From: the human T2T-CHM13v2.0 reference genome, Homo sapiens
Strand: one strand, 5' to 3'
DNA length: 64,000 bases
Assembly (NCBI RefSeq): GCF_009914755.1
Contig: NC_060933.1
How positions within the stretch are numbered: position 1 is the stretch's first letter; each line of letters starts with the position of its first letter. Positions 41,846 to 57,550 of this stretch are shown here, piece by piece. The translations under genes were made by a program, and so were the position numbers. The notes beneath the pieces are model-generated. The model was not told where the DNA came from. It ran no database searches and saw only the letters and a program-made list of their open reading frames with translations.

Positions 41846-44800
41846 TATACTCGGGTTGATTCCATTCCATTCCATTCCAATCCATGCCATTCCACTCGTG
41901 TTGATTCCATTCTTTCCATTCCATTCAAGTTGAATCCATTCCATTGCATTCCATTCCATTCCATTCCCCTGCAGTCGGGTTGATTCCATTCCATTCCATT
42001 CCATTCCATTCCATTCCATTCCATTCCGTTCCGTTCCGTTCCATTCCATTCCATTCCATTCTATTCGGGTTAATTCCATTCCATTCCATTCCATTCCATT
42101 CCATTCCATTCCAATCGAGATGATTCCATTCCATTCCATTCCATTCCATTCCACTCCATTCCTGTCCTTTCCATTCCATTCCAATCGGGTTGATTCCCTT
42201 GTATTCCTTTCCATTCCATTCCATTCCACTGCAATCGAGTAGATTCCACTGCTTTGCATTCCATTCCATTCCATTCCATTCCGGATGATTCCATTCCATT
42301 GCATTCCATTCCATTCCATTCCCCTGCACTCGGGTTGATTCCATTCCATTCCATTCCATTCCATTTCATTCCATTCCATTCCATTACATTCGGATTTATT
42401 CTATTCAATTCCCTTACACTCCATTACATTCCATTCCATTCGGGATGTTTCCATTCCATTCCATTCCATTCCACTCCATTCCATTGCATCGGGTTGATTG
42501 CATTCCATTCCATTCCATTCCATTCCGGATGATTCCATTCCATTGCATTCCATTCCATTCCATTCCCCTGCACTCGGGTTGATTACATTCCATTCCATTC
42601 CCTTCCATTCCTTTCCATTCCATTCCATTCCATTGCAATCGAGTTGATTCCATTCCATTCCATTCCATTCCATTCCGTTCCAATCCATTCCAATCGAGTT
42701 GACTCCATTCCATTCCATTCCATTCCATTCCATTCGTTTCCATTCCATTCCACTCGGGTTGATTCCATTCTATTAGTTTCCATTCCATTACATTCCCTTC
42801 CATTCCACTCTGGTTGATTCCATTCCTTTCCATTCCACTCGAATACATTCCCTCCTATTCCACTCGGAACGATTCCATTCCATTCCATTCCATTCCATTC
42901 CATTCCATTCCATTCCATTCCATTCCATTCCGTTCCGTTTCGTTCCATTCCATTCTATTCCGTACCATTCCATTCCATTCCATTCCTTTCCATTCCATTC
43001 CATTCCATTCCACTCGTGTTGATTCCATTCCTTTCCATTCCATTCGGTTTGAAGGCATTCCATTCCATTCCATTCCATTCCATTCCATTCCATTCCATTC
43101 CATTCCATTGTACTCGGGTTGATTCCATTCCATTGCATTCCATTCCATTCCATTCCATTCCGTTGCATTCCATTCCATTTCATGCCATTACACTCGGGTT
43201 GATTCCATTCCTTTCCATTCCATTCTTGTTGAATCCATTCCATTCCATTCCATTCCATTCGAATCCATTCCATTGCACTCGGGTTGATTCCATTCCATTC
43301 CATTCCATTCCATTTCATTCCATTCCATTCCATTACATTCGCATTGATTCTATTCAATTCCCTTACACTCCATTACATTCCATTCCATTCGGGATGCTTC
43401 CATTCCATTCCATTCCATTCCACTCCATTCCATTGCATCGGGTTGATTGCATTCCATTCCATTCCATTCCATTGCGGATGATTCCATTCCATTGCATTCC
43501 ATTCCGTTCCATTTCATTCCATTCCATTCCATTCCCCTGCACTCGGGTTGATTCCATTCCATTCCATTCCATTCCATTCCATTCCATTCGATTCCATTCC
43601 CCTGCACTCGCGTTGATGCCATTCCATTCCATTCCATTCCATTCCGTTCCGTTCCGTTGCGTTCCATTTCATTCCATTCCATTCCATTCCGTTCCGTTCC
43701 GTTCCATTCCCCTGTACTCGGGTTGATTCCATTCCATTCCATTCCACTCCATTCCATTGCACTCGGGTTGATTCCATTCCATTCCATTCCATTCCATTCC
43801 ATTCCATTCCATTCCGGAAGATTCCATTCCATTGCATTCCATTCCATTCCCTTCCCCTGCACTCGCGTTGATTCCATTGCATTCCATTCCATTCCATTCC
43901 ATTCCATTCCATTCCATTCCATTCCATTCCTTTTCGTTCCATTCCATTCCATTCCATTCCATTCCGTTCCGTTCCATTCCATTCCATTGCATTCTATTCG
44001 GGTTAATTCCATTCCATTCCATTCGATTGCAATCGAGTTGATTCCATTCCATTCCATTCCATTCCATTCCATTCCATTCCATTCCATTCCTTTCCATTCC
44101 ATTACGGATGATTCCATTCCATTGCATTCCATTCCATTCCATTCCCCTGTACTCGGGTTGATTCCATTCCATTCCATTCCATTCCATTCTATTAGGGTTA
44201 ATTCCATTCCATTCCATTCCATTCCATTCTATTCCATTCCATTGCAATCGAGTTGAATCCATTGCATTCCATTCCATTCCAGTTAATTCCATTCCATTCC
44301 ATTCCGGAAGATTCCATTCTATTGCATTCGTTTCCATTCCATTCCCCTGCACACGCGTTGATTCCATTCCATTCCATTCCATTCCATTCCATTCCATTCC
44401 ATTCCGTTCCGTTCCATTCCATTCCATTCTATTCGGCTTAATTCCATTCCATTCCATTCGATTGCAATCGATTTCATTCCATTCCATTCCATTCCATTCC
44501 ATTCCATTGCTTTCCATTCCATTACTGGTGATTCCATTCCATTGCATTCCATTCCATTCCATTCCCCTGTACTCGGGTTGATTCCATTCCATTCCATTCC
44601 AATCCATGCCATTCCACTCGTGTTGATTCCATTCTTTCCATTCCATTCAAGTTGAATCCATTCCATTGCATTCCATTCTGTTCGATTCCATTCGATTGCA
44701 CTCGGGTTGATTCCATTCCATTGCATTCCATTCCATTCCATTCTATTCCATTCCATTCCATTCCGTTCCGTTCCATTCCATTACATTCGGATTGATTCTA

Positions 44801-45317
44801 TTGAATTCCCTTACACTTCATTACATTCCATTCCATTCGGGTAGTTTCCATTCCATTCCATTCCATTCCATTCCTCTCCATTCCATTGCACTCGGGTTGA
44901 TTCCATTCCATTCCATTCCATTCCATGCCATTCCATTCCATTCCATTCCATTCCATTGTACTCAAGTTGATTCCATTCCATTGCATTCTATTCCATTCCA
45001 TTCCATTCCATTCCATTCCATTCCATTCCATTCCATTCCGTTCTATTCCATTCCATTACATTCGGGTTGATTCTATTCAACTCCCTTACTCTCCATTACT
45101 TTCCATTCCATTCGTGTTGTTTCATTCCATTCCATTCCATTCCACTCCATTCCATTGCACTCGGGTTGATTCCATTCCATTCCATTCCATTCCATTCCAT
45201 TCCATTCCGGATGATTTCATTCCATTGCATTCCGTTCCATTACATTCCCCTGCAATCGGGTTGATTCCATTCCATTCCATACAATTCCATTCCATTCCAT
45301 TCCATTCCATTCCATTC

Positions 45318-45352
45318 CGTTCCGTTCCGTTCCGTTCCGTTCCGTTCCGTTC
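45318..45352 (+). repeat. (CGTTC)7 CpG-containing variant run
   Basis: Seven consecutive CGTTC units. Five-unit runs occur near 18720, 21696, 41648 and 55458. Confidence 0.9.
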
Positions 45353-48300
45353 CATTCCATTCCATTCCATTCTATTCGGGTTAATTGCATTCCATTCCAT
45401 TCCATTCCATTCCATTCTATTCCATTCCATTGCAATCGAGGTGAATCCATTGCATTCCATTGCATTCCATTCCATTCCATTCCGGATGATTCCATTCCAT
45501 TGCATTCCATTCCATTCCATTCCCCTGCACTCGCGTTGATGCCATTCCATTCCATTCCATTCCATTCCGAATGATTCCATTCCATTGCATTCCGTTCTAT
45601 TACATTCGCCTGCACTCGCGTTGATTCCATTCCATTCCATTCCATTCCATTCCATTCCATTCCGTTCCGTTCCATTCCATTCCATTCCATTCCATTCTAT
45701 TCGGTTTAATTCCATTCCATTCCATTCGATTGCAATCGATTTCATTCCATTCAATTCCATTCCATTCCATTCCTTTCCATTCCATTACTGATGATTCCAT
45801 TCCATTGCATTCCATTCCATTCCATTCCCCTGTACTCGGGTTGATTCCATTCCATTCCATTCCAATCCATGCCATTCCACTCGTGTTGATTCCATTCCTT
45901 CCATTCCATTCAAGTTGAATCCATTCCATTGCATTCCATTCCATTCCTTTCTGTTCCATTCCATTCCATTCCATTCCATTTAATTCCATTCCATTCTATT
46001 CGTGTTAATTCCATTCCATTCTATTCCATTCCATTCCATTGAATCGAGTTGATTCCATTCCATTCCATTCCATTCCATTCCATTCCATTCCATTCCGGAT
46101 GATTCCATTCAATTGCATTCCATTCCATTCCATTCCCCTGCACTCGGGTTTATTCCATTCCATTCCATTCCATTCCTTTGTGTTCCATTCCATTCCAATC
46201 CATTCCATTCTATTCCTGTTAATTCCATTCCATTCTATTCCATTCCATTCCATTGAATCGAGTTGATTCCATTCCATTCCATTCCATTCCATTCCGTTCC
46301 ATTCCATTCCGGATGATTCCATTCCATTGCATTCCATTCCATTCCATTCCCCTGCACTCGGGTTGATTCCATTCCATTCCATTCCATTACATTCCGTTCC
46401 ATTCCATTCAATTACATTCTATTCGGGTTAATTCCATTCCATTCCATTCCACTCCATTCCAGTCCTTTCCATTCCATTCCACTCAGGTTGATTCCATTCT
46501 ATTCCTTTCCATTCCATTCCATTCCATTGCAATCGAGTTGATCCCATTCGAGTTGAATCCATTCCATTCCATTCCATTCCATTGCACACGGGTTCATTCC
46601 AATCCATTCCATTCCATTGCATTCCATTCCATTCCATTCCATTCCATTCCATTTCATTCCATTCCATTCTATTCCGTACCATTCCATTCCATCCCATTCC
46701 ATTCCGTTGCATTCCATTCAATTCCATGCCATTCCACTCGGGTTGATTCCATTCCTTTCCATTCCATTCTTGTTGAATCCATTCCATTCCATTCCATTCC
46801 ATTCGAATCCATTCCATTGCACTCGGGTTGATTCCATTCCATTGCCTTCCATTCCATTCCATTCCCCTGCACTCGGCTTGATTCCATTCCATTCCATTCC
46901 ATTCCATTCCATTCTATTCCATTCTATTCGGGTTAATTCCACTCCATTCCATTCCATTCCATTGGAATTGAGTTGATTCCATTCCATTCCATTCCATTCG
47001 ATTTCATTCCATTCCAATCGATTTAATTCCATTCCATTCCATTCCATTCCACTCCATTCCAGTCCTTTCCATTCCATTCCTCTCGGCTTGATTCCATTCT
47101 ATTCCTTTCCATTCCGTTCCATTCCATTACAATCACATTGATTCCATTCGAGTTGAATCCATTCCATTCCATTCCATTCCATTCAATTCCATTCCATTGC
47201 ACACGGGTTCATTCCATTCCATTCCATTCCATTCCATTCCATTCCATTCCATTCCATTCCATTCCTTACAATTCCATTCCATTCCATTCCATTCCATTCC
47301 ATTCCATTCCATTCCATTCCATTCCGTTCCGTTCCGTTCAGTTCCGTTCCATACCATTCCATTCCATTCTATTCGGGTTAATTCCATTCCATTCCATTCC
47401 ATTCCATTCCATTCCATTCTATTCCATTCCATTGCAATCGTGTTGAATCCGTTGCATTCCATTCCATTCCATTCCATTCCAGAAGATTCCATTCTATTGC
47501 ATTCCATTCCATTCCATTCCCCAGCACTCGCGTTGATTCCATTCCATTCCATTCCATTCCGTTCCGTTCCGTTCCATTCCATTCCATTCCATTCCATTCC
47601 ATTCCATTCCATTCCATTCCGTTTCGTTCCTTTCCATTCCCTTCCATTCCATTCCATTCTATTCGTGTTAATTCCATTCCATTCCATTCGATTGCAATCG
47701 AGTTGATTCCATTCCATTCCATTCCATTCCATTCCGTTCCATTCCATTCCATTACATTCTATGCGGGTTAATTCCATTCCATTCCATTCCACTCCATTCC
47801 AGTCCTTTCCATTCCATTCCACTCGGGTTGATTCCATTCTATTCCTTTCCATTCCATTCCATTCCATTGCAATGGAGTTGATTCCATTCGAGTTGAATCC
47901 ATTCCATTACATTCCATTCCATTCCATTGCACACGGGTTCATTCCAATCCATTCCATTCCATTCCATTCCATTCCATTCCATTCCATTCCATTTCGTTCT
48001 AATCCCTTCTATTCCGAACCATTCCATTTCATTCCATTCCATTCCATTCCATTCCATTCCATTCCATTCCGTGCCATTCCATTCTGGTTGATTCCATTCC
48101 TTTCCATTCCATTCGGGTTGAATACATTCCATTCCATTCCATTGCATTCGAATCCATTCCATTGTAGTCGGGTTGATTCCATTACATTCCATTCTATTCC
48201 ATTCCATTCCATTCCATTCCATTCCGTTCCATTCCATTTCATTACATTCAGATTGATTCTATTCAATTCCCTTACACTCCATTTTATTGCAATCCATTCT

Positions 48301-48529
48301 GGTTGTTTCCATTCCATTCCATTCCATTTCACTCCATTCCATTGCACTCGGGTTGATTCCATTCCATTCCATTCCATTCCGGATGATTCCATTCCATTGC
48401 ATTCCATTCCATTCCATTAGCCTGCACTCGGGTTGATTCCATTCCTTTCCATTCCATTCCATTCCATTCCAATCCATTCCATTCCATTCCATTGAAATCG
48501 AGTTGATTCCATTCCATTCCATTCCATTC

Positions 48530-51500
48530 CATTCCATTACGTTCCGTTCCGTTCCATTCCATTCCATTCCATTCTATTCGGGTTAATTCCATTCCATTCT
48601 ATTCGATTGCAATCGAGGTGATTCCATTCCATTCCATTCCTTTCCATTCCATTCCATTCCATTCCTTTCCATTACATTATGGATGATTCCATTCCATTGC
48701 ATTCCATTCCATTCCATTCCCCTGTACTCGGGTTGATTCCATTCCATTCCATTCCATTCCATGCCATTCCAGTCGTGTTGATTCCATTCTTTCCATTCCA
48801 TTCAAGTTGAATCCATTCCATTGCATTCAATTCCATTCGATTCCATTCGATTGCACTCGGGTTGATTCCATTACATTGCATTCCATTCCATTCCATTCCA
48901 TTCCATTCCATTCCATTCCATTCGGATTGATTCTATTCAATTCCCTTACACTCCATTACATTCCATTCCATTCGGGATGTTTCCATTCCATTCCATTCCA
49001 TTCCACTCCATTCCATTGCATTGGGTTGATTGCATTCCATTCCATTCCATTGCATTCCGGATGATTCCATTGCATTGCATTCCATTCCATTCCATTCCCC
49101 TGCACTCGGGTTGATTACATTCCATTCAATTCCCTTGCATTCCTTTCCATTCCATTCCATTCCATTCGAATTCATTCCATTGCACTCGAGTTGATTCCAT
49201 TCCATTCCATTCCATTCCATTTCATCCCATTCCATTCCATTACATTCGGATTGATTCTATTCAATTCCCTTACACTCCATTACATTCCATTCCATTCGGG
49301 ATGTTTCCATTCCATTCCATTCCATTCCACTCCATTCCATTGCATCGGGTTGATTGCATTCCATTCCATTCCATTCCGTTCGATTCCATTCCATTCCCCT
49401 GCACTCGCGTTGATTCCATTGCATTCCATTCCATTCCATTCCATTCCATTCCATTCCATTCCATTGCTTTCCGTTCCATTCTATTCCATTCCATTCCGTT
49501 CCGTTCCGTTTAATTCCATTCCATTCCATTCTATTCGGGTTAATTCCATTCCATTCCATTCGATTGCAATCGAGTTGATTCCATTCCATTCCATTCCATT
49601 ACATTCCGATTGATTCTATTCAACTCCCTTACTCTCCATTACATTCCATTCCATTCGGGTTGTTCCATTCCATTCCATTCCATTCCACTCCATTCCATTG
49701 CACCCGGGTTGATTCCATTGCATTCCATTCCATTCCATTCCATTCCAGAAGATTCCATTCCATTGCATTCCATTCCATTCCATTCCCCTGCAGTCGCGTT
49801 GATTCCATTCCATTCCATTCCATTCCATTCCCCTGTGCTCGGGTTGATTCCATTCCATTCCATTCCAATCCATGCCATTCCACTCGTGTTGATTCCATTC
49901 TTTCCATTCCATTCAAGTTGAATCCATTCCATTGCATTCCATTCCATTCGATTCCATTCGATTGCACTCGGGTTGATTCCATTCCATTGCATTCCATTCC
50001 ATTCCATTCCATTCCGTTCCATTCCATTTCATTACATTCAGATTGATTCTATTCAATTCCCTTACACTCCATTATATTCCAATCCATTCTGGTTGTGTCC
50101 ATTCCATTCCATTCCATTTCACTCCATTCCATTGCACTCGGGTTGATTCCATTCCATTCCATTCCATTGCATTCCATTCCATTCCATTCCGGATGATTCC
50201 ATTCCATTGCATTCCATTCCATTCCATTCCCCTGCACTCGGGTTGATTCCATTCCATTCCATTACATTACATTCCGTTCCATTCCATTCCATTCCATTCA
50301 GATTGATTCTATTCAATTCCCTTACACTCCATTATATTGCAATCCATTCTGGTTGTTTCCATTCCATTCCATTCCATTTTACTCCATTCCATTGCACTCG
50401 GGTTGATTCCATTCCATTCCATTCCTTTCTATTCCGGATGATTCCATTCCATTGCATTCCATTCCATTCCATTAGCCTGCACTCGGGTTGATTCCATTCC
50501 TTTCCATTCCATTGCATTCCGTTGCATTCCGTTCCATTTCCTTCTATTCGGGTTAATTCCATTCCATTCCATTCCACTCCATTCCAGTCCTTTCCATTCC
50601 ATTCCACTCGGGTTGATTCCGTTCTATTCCTTTCCATTCCATTCCATTCCATTGCAATCGAGTTGATTCCATTCGAGTTGAATCCATTCCATTCCATTCC
50701 ATTCCATTCCATTGCACACGGGTTCATTCCATTCCATTCCATTCCATTCCATTCCATTCCATTTCATTCCATTCCATTCTATTCCGTACCATTCCATTCC
50801 ATCTCATTCCATTCCGTTCCATTCCATGCCATTACACTCGGGTTGATTCCATTCCTTTCCATTCCATTCTTGTTGAATCCATTCCATTCCATTCCATTCC
50901 ATTCCATTCCAATCGAATCCATTCCATTGCACTCGGGTTGATTCCATTCCATTCCATTCCATTCCATTCCATTCCATTCCATTCTATTCCATTACATTCG
51001 GATTGATTCTATTCAATTCCCTTACACTCCATTACATTCCATTCCATTCGGGATGTTTCCATTCCATTCCATTCCATTCCACTCCATTCCATTGCATCAG
51101 GTTTATTGCATTCCATTCCATTCCATTCCATTCCGGATGATTCCATTCCATTGCATTCCATTCCATTCCATTCCCCTGCACTCGGGTTGATTCCATTCCA
51201 TTCCATTCCAATCCATTCCATTCCATTCCGTTCCATTCCATTCCATTCCATTTTATTCGGGTTAATTCCATTCCATTCCATTCGATTCCATTCCATTCCA
51301 TTCCATTGCAATCGAGTTGATCCTATTCCATTCCATTCCATTCCGTTCCGGATGATTCCATTCCATTGCATTCCATTCCATTCCATTCCATTCCATTCCA
51401 TTCCATTCCATTCCATTCCATTACATTCCATTCCATTCCATTCCATTGTACTCGGGTTGATTCCATTCCATTCCATTCCATTCCATTCCATTCCTTTCCT

Positions 51501-54500
51501 TTCCATTCCATTACGGATGATTCCATTCCATTGCATTCCATTCCGTTCCATTCCCCTGTACTCGGGTTGATTCCATTCCATTCCATTCCAATCCATGCCA
51601 TTCCACTCGTGTTGATTCCATTCTTTCCATTCCATTCAAGTTGAATCCATTCCATTGCATTCCATTCTATTCGATTCCATTCGATTGCACTCGGGTTGAT
51701 TCCATTCCATTGCATTCCATTCCATTCCATTCCATTCCGTTCCATTCCATTCCATTACATTCGGATTGATTCTATTCAATTCCCTTACACTCCATTACAT
51801 TCCATTCCATTCGGGTAGTTTCCATTCCATTCCATTCCATTCCTCTCCATTCCATTGCACTCGGGTTGATTCCATTCCATTCCATTCCATTCCATTCCAT
51901 TCCATTCCATTTCAGTCCGGAAGATTCCATTCCATTGCATTCCATTCCATTCCATTCCCCTGCACTCGCGTTGATTCCATTCCATTCCATTCCATTCCAT
52001 TCCATTCCATTCCATTCCTTTCCGTTCCATTCCATTCCATTCCATTTCATTCCATTCCATTCCGTCCCGTTCCGTTCCATTCCATTCCATTCCATTCTAT
52101 TCGGGTTATTTCCATTCCATTCCATTCGATTGAAATCGAGTTGATTCCATTCCATTCCATTCCTTTCCATTCCATTACGGATGATTCCATTCCATTACAT
52201 TCCATTCCATTCCATTCCCCTGTACTCGGGTTGATTCCATTCCATTCCATTCCAATCCATGCCATTCCACTCGTGTTGATTCCATTCTTTCCATTCCATT
52301 CAAGTTGAATCCATTCAATTGCATTCCATTCCATTCCATTCCCCTGCAGTCGGGTTGATTCCATTCCATTCCATTCCATTCCATTCCATTCCATTCCGTT
52401 CCGTTCCATTCCATTCCATTCCATTCTATTCGGGTTAATTCCTTTCCATTCCATTCCATTCCATTCCATTCCATTCCATTCCAATCGAGTTGATTCCATT
52501 GTATTCCATTCCATTCCATTCCACTCCATTCCAGTCCTTTCCATTCCATTAAACTGGGGTTGATTCCATTGTATTCCTTTCCATTCCATTCCATTCCATT
52601 GCAGTCGAAATGATTCCATTGCTTTGCATTCCATTCCATTCCATTCCATTCCGGATGATTCCATTCCATTGCATTCCATTCCATTCCATTAACCTGCACT
52701 CGGGTTGATTCCATTCCATTCCACTCCATTCCGTTCCATTCCTTTCCATTCCATTGTATTCGGGTTAATTCCATTCCATTCCATTCCATTCCATTCCAAT
52801 CCATTACAATCGAGTTGATTCCATTCCATTCCATTCCATTCCAGTCCTTTCCATTCCATTCCACTAGGGTAGATTCCGTTCTATTAGATTCCATTCCATT
52901 CCATTCCCTTCCATTCCACTCTGGTTGATTCCATTTCTTTCCATTCCACTCGTGTTGGTTCCATTCCTTTCCATTCCATTCGGTTTGAAGGCATTCCATT
53001 CCATTGAATTCCATTGCATTCCATTCCATTCCATTCCATTCCATTCCATTCCATTCCATTGTACTCGGTTTGATTCCATTCCATTGCATTCCATTCCATT
53101 CCATTCCATTCCGTTGCATTCCATTCCATTACATTCTGATTGATTCTATTCAACTCCCTTACTCTCCATTACATTCCATTCCATTCGGGTTGTTCCATTC
53201 CATTCCATTCCATTCAACTCCATTCCATTGCACTCGGGTTGATTCCATTCCATTCCATTGCATTCCATTCCATTCCATTCCGGATGATTCCATTCCATTG
53301 CATTCCTTTCCATTACATTACCCTGCACTCGCGTTGATTCCATTCCATTCCATTCCATTCCATTCAATTCCATTCCATTACAATTCCTTCCATTCCATTC
53401 TATTCCGTAAGATTCCATTCCATTCCATACGATTCCATTCCATTCCATTCCATTCCATTCCGTTCCATTCCGTTCCATTCCATTCCATTCCATTCTATTC
53501 GGGTTAATTCCATTGCATTCCACTCCATTCCATTCTATTCCATTCCATTGCAATCGAGTTGAATCCATTGCATTACATTCCATTCCATTCCATTCCATTC
53601 CATTCCGGAAGATTCCATTCCATTGCATTCCATTCCATTCCATTCACCTGCACTCGCATTGATTCCATTCCTCTCCATTCCATTCCATTCCATTCCATTC
53701 CATTCCATTCCATTCCGTTCCATTCCATTCCATTCCATTCCATTCCATTCCATTCCGTTCCGTTCCATTCCATTCCATTCCATTCTATTCGGGTTAATTC
53801 CATTCCATTCCATTCGATTGCAATCGAGTTGATTCCATTCCATTCCATTCCATTCCATTCCATTCCATTCCTTTCCATTCCGTTACGGATGTTTCCGTTC
53901 CATTGCGTTCCATTCCATTCCATTCCCCTGTACTCGGGTTGATTCTATTCCATTCCATTCCAATCCATGCCATTCCACTCGTGTTGATTCCATTCTTTCC
54001 TTTCCATTCAAGTTGAATCCATTCCATTGCATTCCATTCCATTCGATTCCATTCTATTGCACTTGGGTTTATTCCATTCCATTGCATTCCATTCCATTCC
54101 ATTCCATTCCATTCCATTCCATTCCATTCCGTTCCATTCCATTCCATTACATTCGGATTGATTCTATTCAATTCCCTTACAATCCATTACATTCCATTCC
54201 ATTCGGGTAGTTTCCATTCCATTCCATTCCTCTCCATTCCATTGCACTCGGGTTGATTCCATTCCATTGCATTCCATTCCATTCCATTCAATTCCATTCC
54301 GTTCCATTCCATTCCATTACATTCGGATTGATTCTATTCAACTCCCTTACTCTCCATTACATTCCATTCCATTCGGGTTGTTCCATTCCATTCCATTCCA
54401 TTCCACTCCATTCCATTGCACCCGGGTTGATTCCATTCCATTCCATTCCATTCCATTCCATTCCGGAAGATTCCATTCCATTGCATTGCATTCCATTCCA

Positions 54501-57500
54501 TTCCCCTGCACTCGCGTTGATTCCATTCCATTCCATTCCATTCCATTCCCCTGTACTCGGGTTGATTCCATTCCATTCCATTCCAATCCATGCCATTCCA
54601 CTCGTGTTGATTCCATTCTTTCCATTACATTCAAGTTGAATCCATTCCATTGCATTCCATTCCATTCGATTCCATTCGATTGCACTCGGGTTGATTCCAT
54701 TCCATTGCATTCCATTCCATTCCATTGCATTCCATTCCATTCCATTCCATTCCATTCCATTCCGTTCCATTCCATTTCATTACATTCAGATTGATTCTAT
54801 TCAATTCCCTTACACTGCATTATATTCCAATCCATTCTGGTTGTTTCCATTCCATTCCATTCCATTTCACTCCATTCCATTGCACTCGGGTTGATTCCAT
54901 TCCATTCCATTCCATTGCATTCCATTCCATTCCATTCCGGATGATTCCATTCCATTGCATTCCATTCCATACCATTCCCCTGCACTCGGGTTGATTCCAT
55001 TCCATTCCATTCCATTACATTCCGTTCCATTCCATTCCATTCCATTCAGATTGATTCTATTCAATTCCCTTACACTCCATTACCTTCCATTCTATTCGGG
55101 TAGTTTCCATTCCATTCCATTCCATTCCTCTCCATTCCATTGCACTCGGGTGGATTCCATTCCATTCCATTCCATTCCATTCCATTCCATTCCATTCCAT
55201 TCGATTGCACTCCATTCCATTGCACTCGGGTTGATTCCATTCCATTCCATTCCATTCCATTCCATTCCGGATGATTCCATTCCATTGCATTCCGTTCCAT
55301 TACATTCCCCTGCACTCGGGTTGATTCCATTCCATTCCATTCCATTCCATTCCATTCGATTCCATTCCATTCCAATTCTTTCCATTCCATTCTATTCCGT
55401 AGCATTCCATTCCGTTCCATACAATTCCATTCCATTCCATTCCATTCCATTCCATTCCGTTCCGTTCCGTTCCGTTCCGTTCCATTCCATTCCATTCCAT
55501 TCTATTCGGGTTAATTCCATTTCATTCCATTCCATTCCATTCTATTCCATTCCATTGCAATCGAGTTGAATCCATTGCATTCCATTCCATTCCATTCCAT
55601 TCCATTCCATTCCATTCCGGAAGATTCCATTCCATTGCATTCCATTCCATTCCATTCCCCTGGACTCGCGTTTATTCCTTTCAATTCCATTCGATTCCCT
55701 TCCATTCCATTCTGTTCCGTTCCATTCCATTCCATTCCATTCCATTCCATTCCATTCCATTACGTTCCGTTCCGTTCCATTCCATTCCATTCCATTCTAT
55801 TCGGGTTAATTCCATTCCATTCTATTCGATTGCAATCAAGGTGATTCCATTCCATTCCATTCCTTTCCATTCCTTTCCATTCCATTCCTTTCCATTACAT
55901 TATGGATGATTCCATTCCATTGCATTCCATTCCATTCCATTCCCCTGTACTCGGGTTGATTCCATTCCATTCCATTCCATTCCATGCCATTCCAGTCGTG
56001 TTGATTCCATTCTTTCCATTCCATTCAAGTTGAATCCATTCCATTGCATTCAATTCCATTCGATTCCATTCGATTGCACTCGGGTTGATTCCATTACATT
56101 GCATTCCATTCCATTCCATTCCATTCCATTCCATTCCATTCCATTCGGATTGATTCTATTCAATTCCCTTACACTCCATTACATTCCATTCCATTCGGGA
56201 TGTTTCCATTCCATTCCATTCCATTCCACTCCATTCCATTGCATCGGGTTGATTGCATTCCATTCCATTCCATTGCATTCCGGATGATTCCATTGCATTG
56301 CATTCCATTCCATTCCATTCCCCTGCACTCGGGTTGATTACATTCCATTCAATTCCCTTGCATTCCTTTCCATTCCATTCCATTCCATTCGAATTCATTC
56401 CATTGCACTCGAGTTGATTCCATTCCATTCCATTCCATTCCATTTCATTCCATTCCATTCCATTACATTCGGATTGATTCTATTCAATTCCCTTACACTC
56501 CATTACATTCCATTCCATTCGGGATGTTTCCATTACATTCCATTCCATTCCACTCCATTCCATTGCATCGGGTTGATTGCATTCCATTCCATTCCATTCC
56601 GTTCGATTCCATTCCATTCCCCTGCACTCGCGTTGATTCCATTCCATTCCATTCCATTCCATTCCATTGCTTTCCATTCCATTCTATTCCATTCCATTCC
56701 GTTCCGTTCCGTTTAATTCCATTCCATTCCATTCTATTCGGGTTAATTCCATTCCATTCCATTCGATTGCAATCGAGTTGATTCCATTCCATTCCATTCC
56801 ATTACATTCCGATTGATTCTATTCAACTCCCTTACTCTCCATTACATTCCATTCCATTCGGGTTGTTCCATTCCATTCCATTCCATTCCACTCCATTCCA
56901 TTGCACCCGGGTTGATTCCATTGCATTCCATTCCATTCCATTCCATTCCAGAAGATTCCATTCCATTGCATTCCATTCCATTCCATTCCCCTGCAGTCGC
57001 GTTGATTCCATTCCATTCCATTCCATTCCATTCCCCTGTACTCGGGTTGATTCCATTCCATTCCATTCCAATCCATGCCATTCCACTCGTGTTGATTCCA
57101 TTCTTTCCATTCCATTCAAGTTGAATCCATTCCATTGCATTCCATTCCATTCGATTCCATTCGATTGCACTCGGGTTGATTCCATTCCATTGCATTCCAT
57201 TCCATTCCATTCCATTCCATTCCATTCCGTTCCATTCCATTTCATTACATTCAGATTGATTCTATTCAATTCCCTTACACTCCATTATATTCCAATCCAT
57301 TCTAGTTGTGTCCATTCCATTCCATTCCATTTCACTCCGTTCCATTGCACTCGGGTTGATTCCATTACATTCCATTCCATTGCATTCCATTCCATTCCAT
57401 TCCGGATGATTCCATTCCATTGCATTCCATTCCATTCCATTCCCCTGCACTCGGGTTGATTCCATTCCATTCCATTACATTACATTCCGTTCCATTCCAT

Positions 57501-57550
57501 TCCATTACATTCAGATTGATTCTATTCAATTCCCTTACACTCCATTTCAT
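48530..57550 (+). repeat. Dispersed direct repeat of ~1.8 kb (48530-50330 and 55750-57550), offset ~7.2 kb
   Basis: ORFs 48807..49064 and 56030..56287 translate identically, as do 49610..49921 and 56813..57124. Shared CGAATTCATT (~49167, ~56390) and TATGGATG. Confidence 0.88.
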
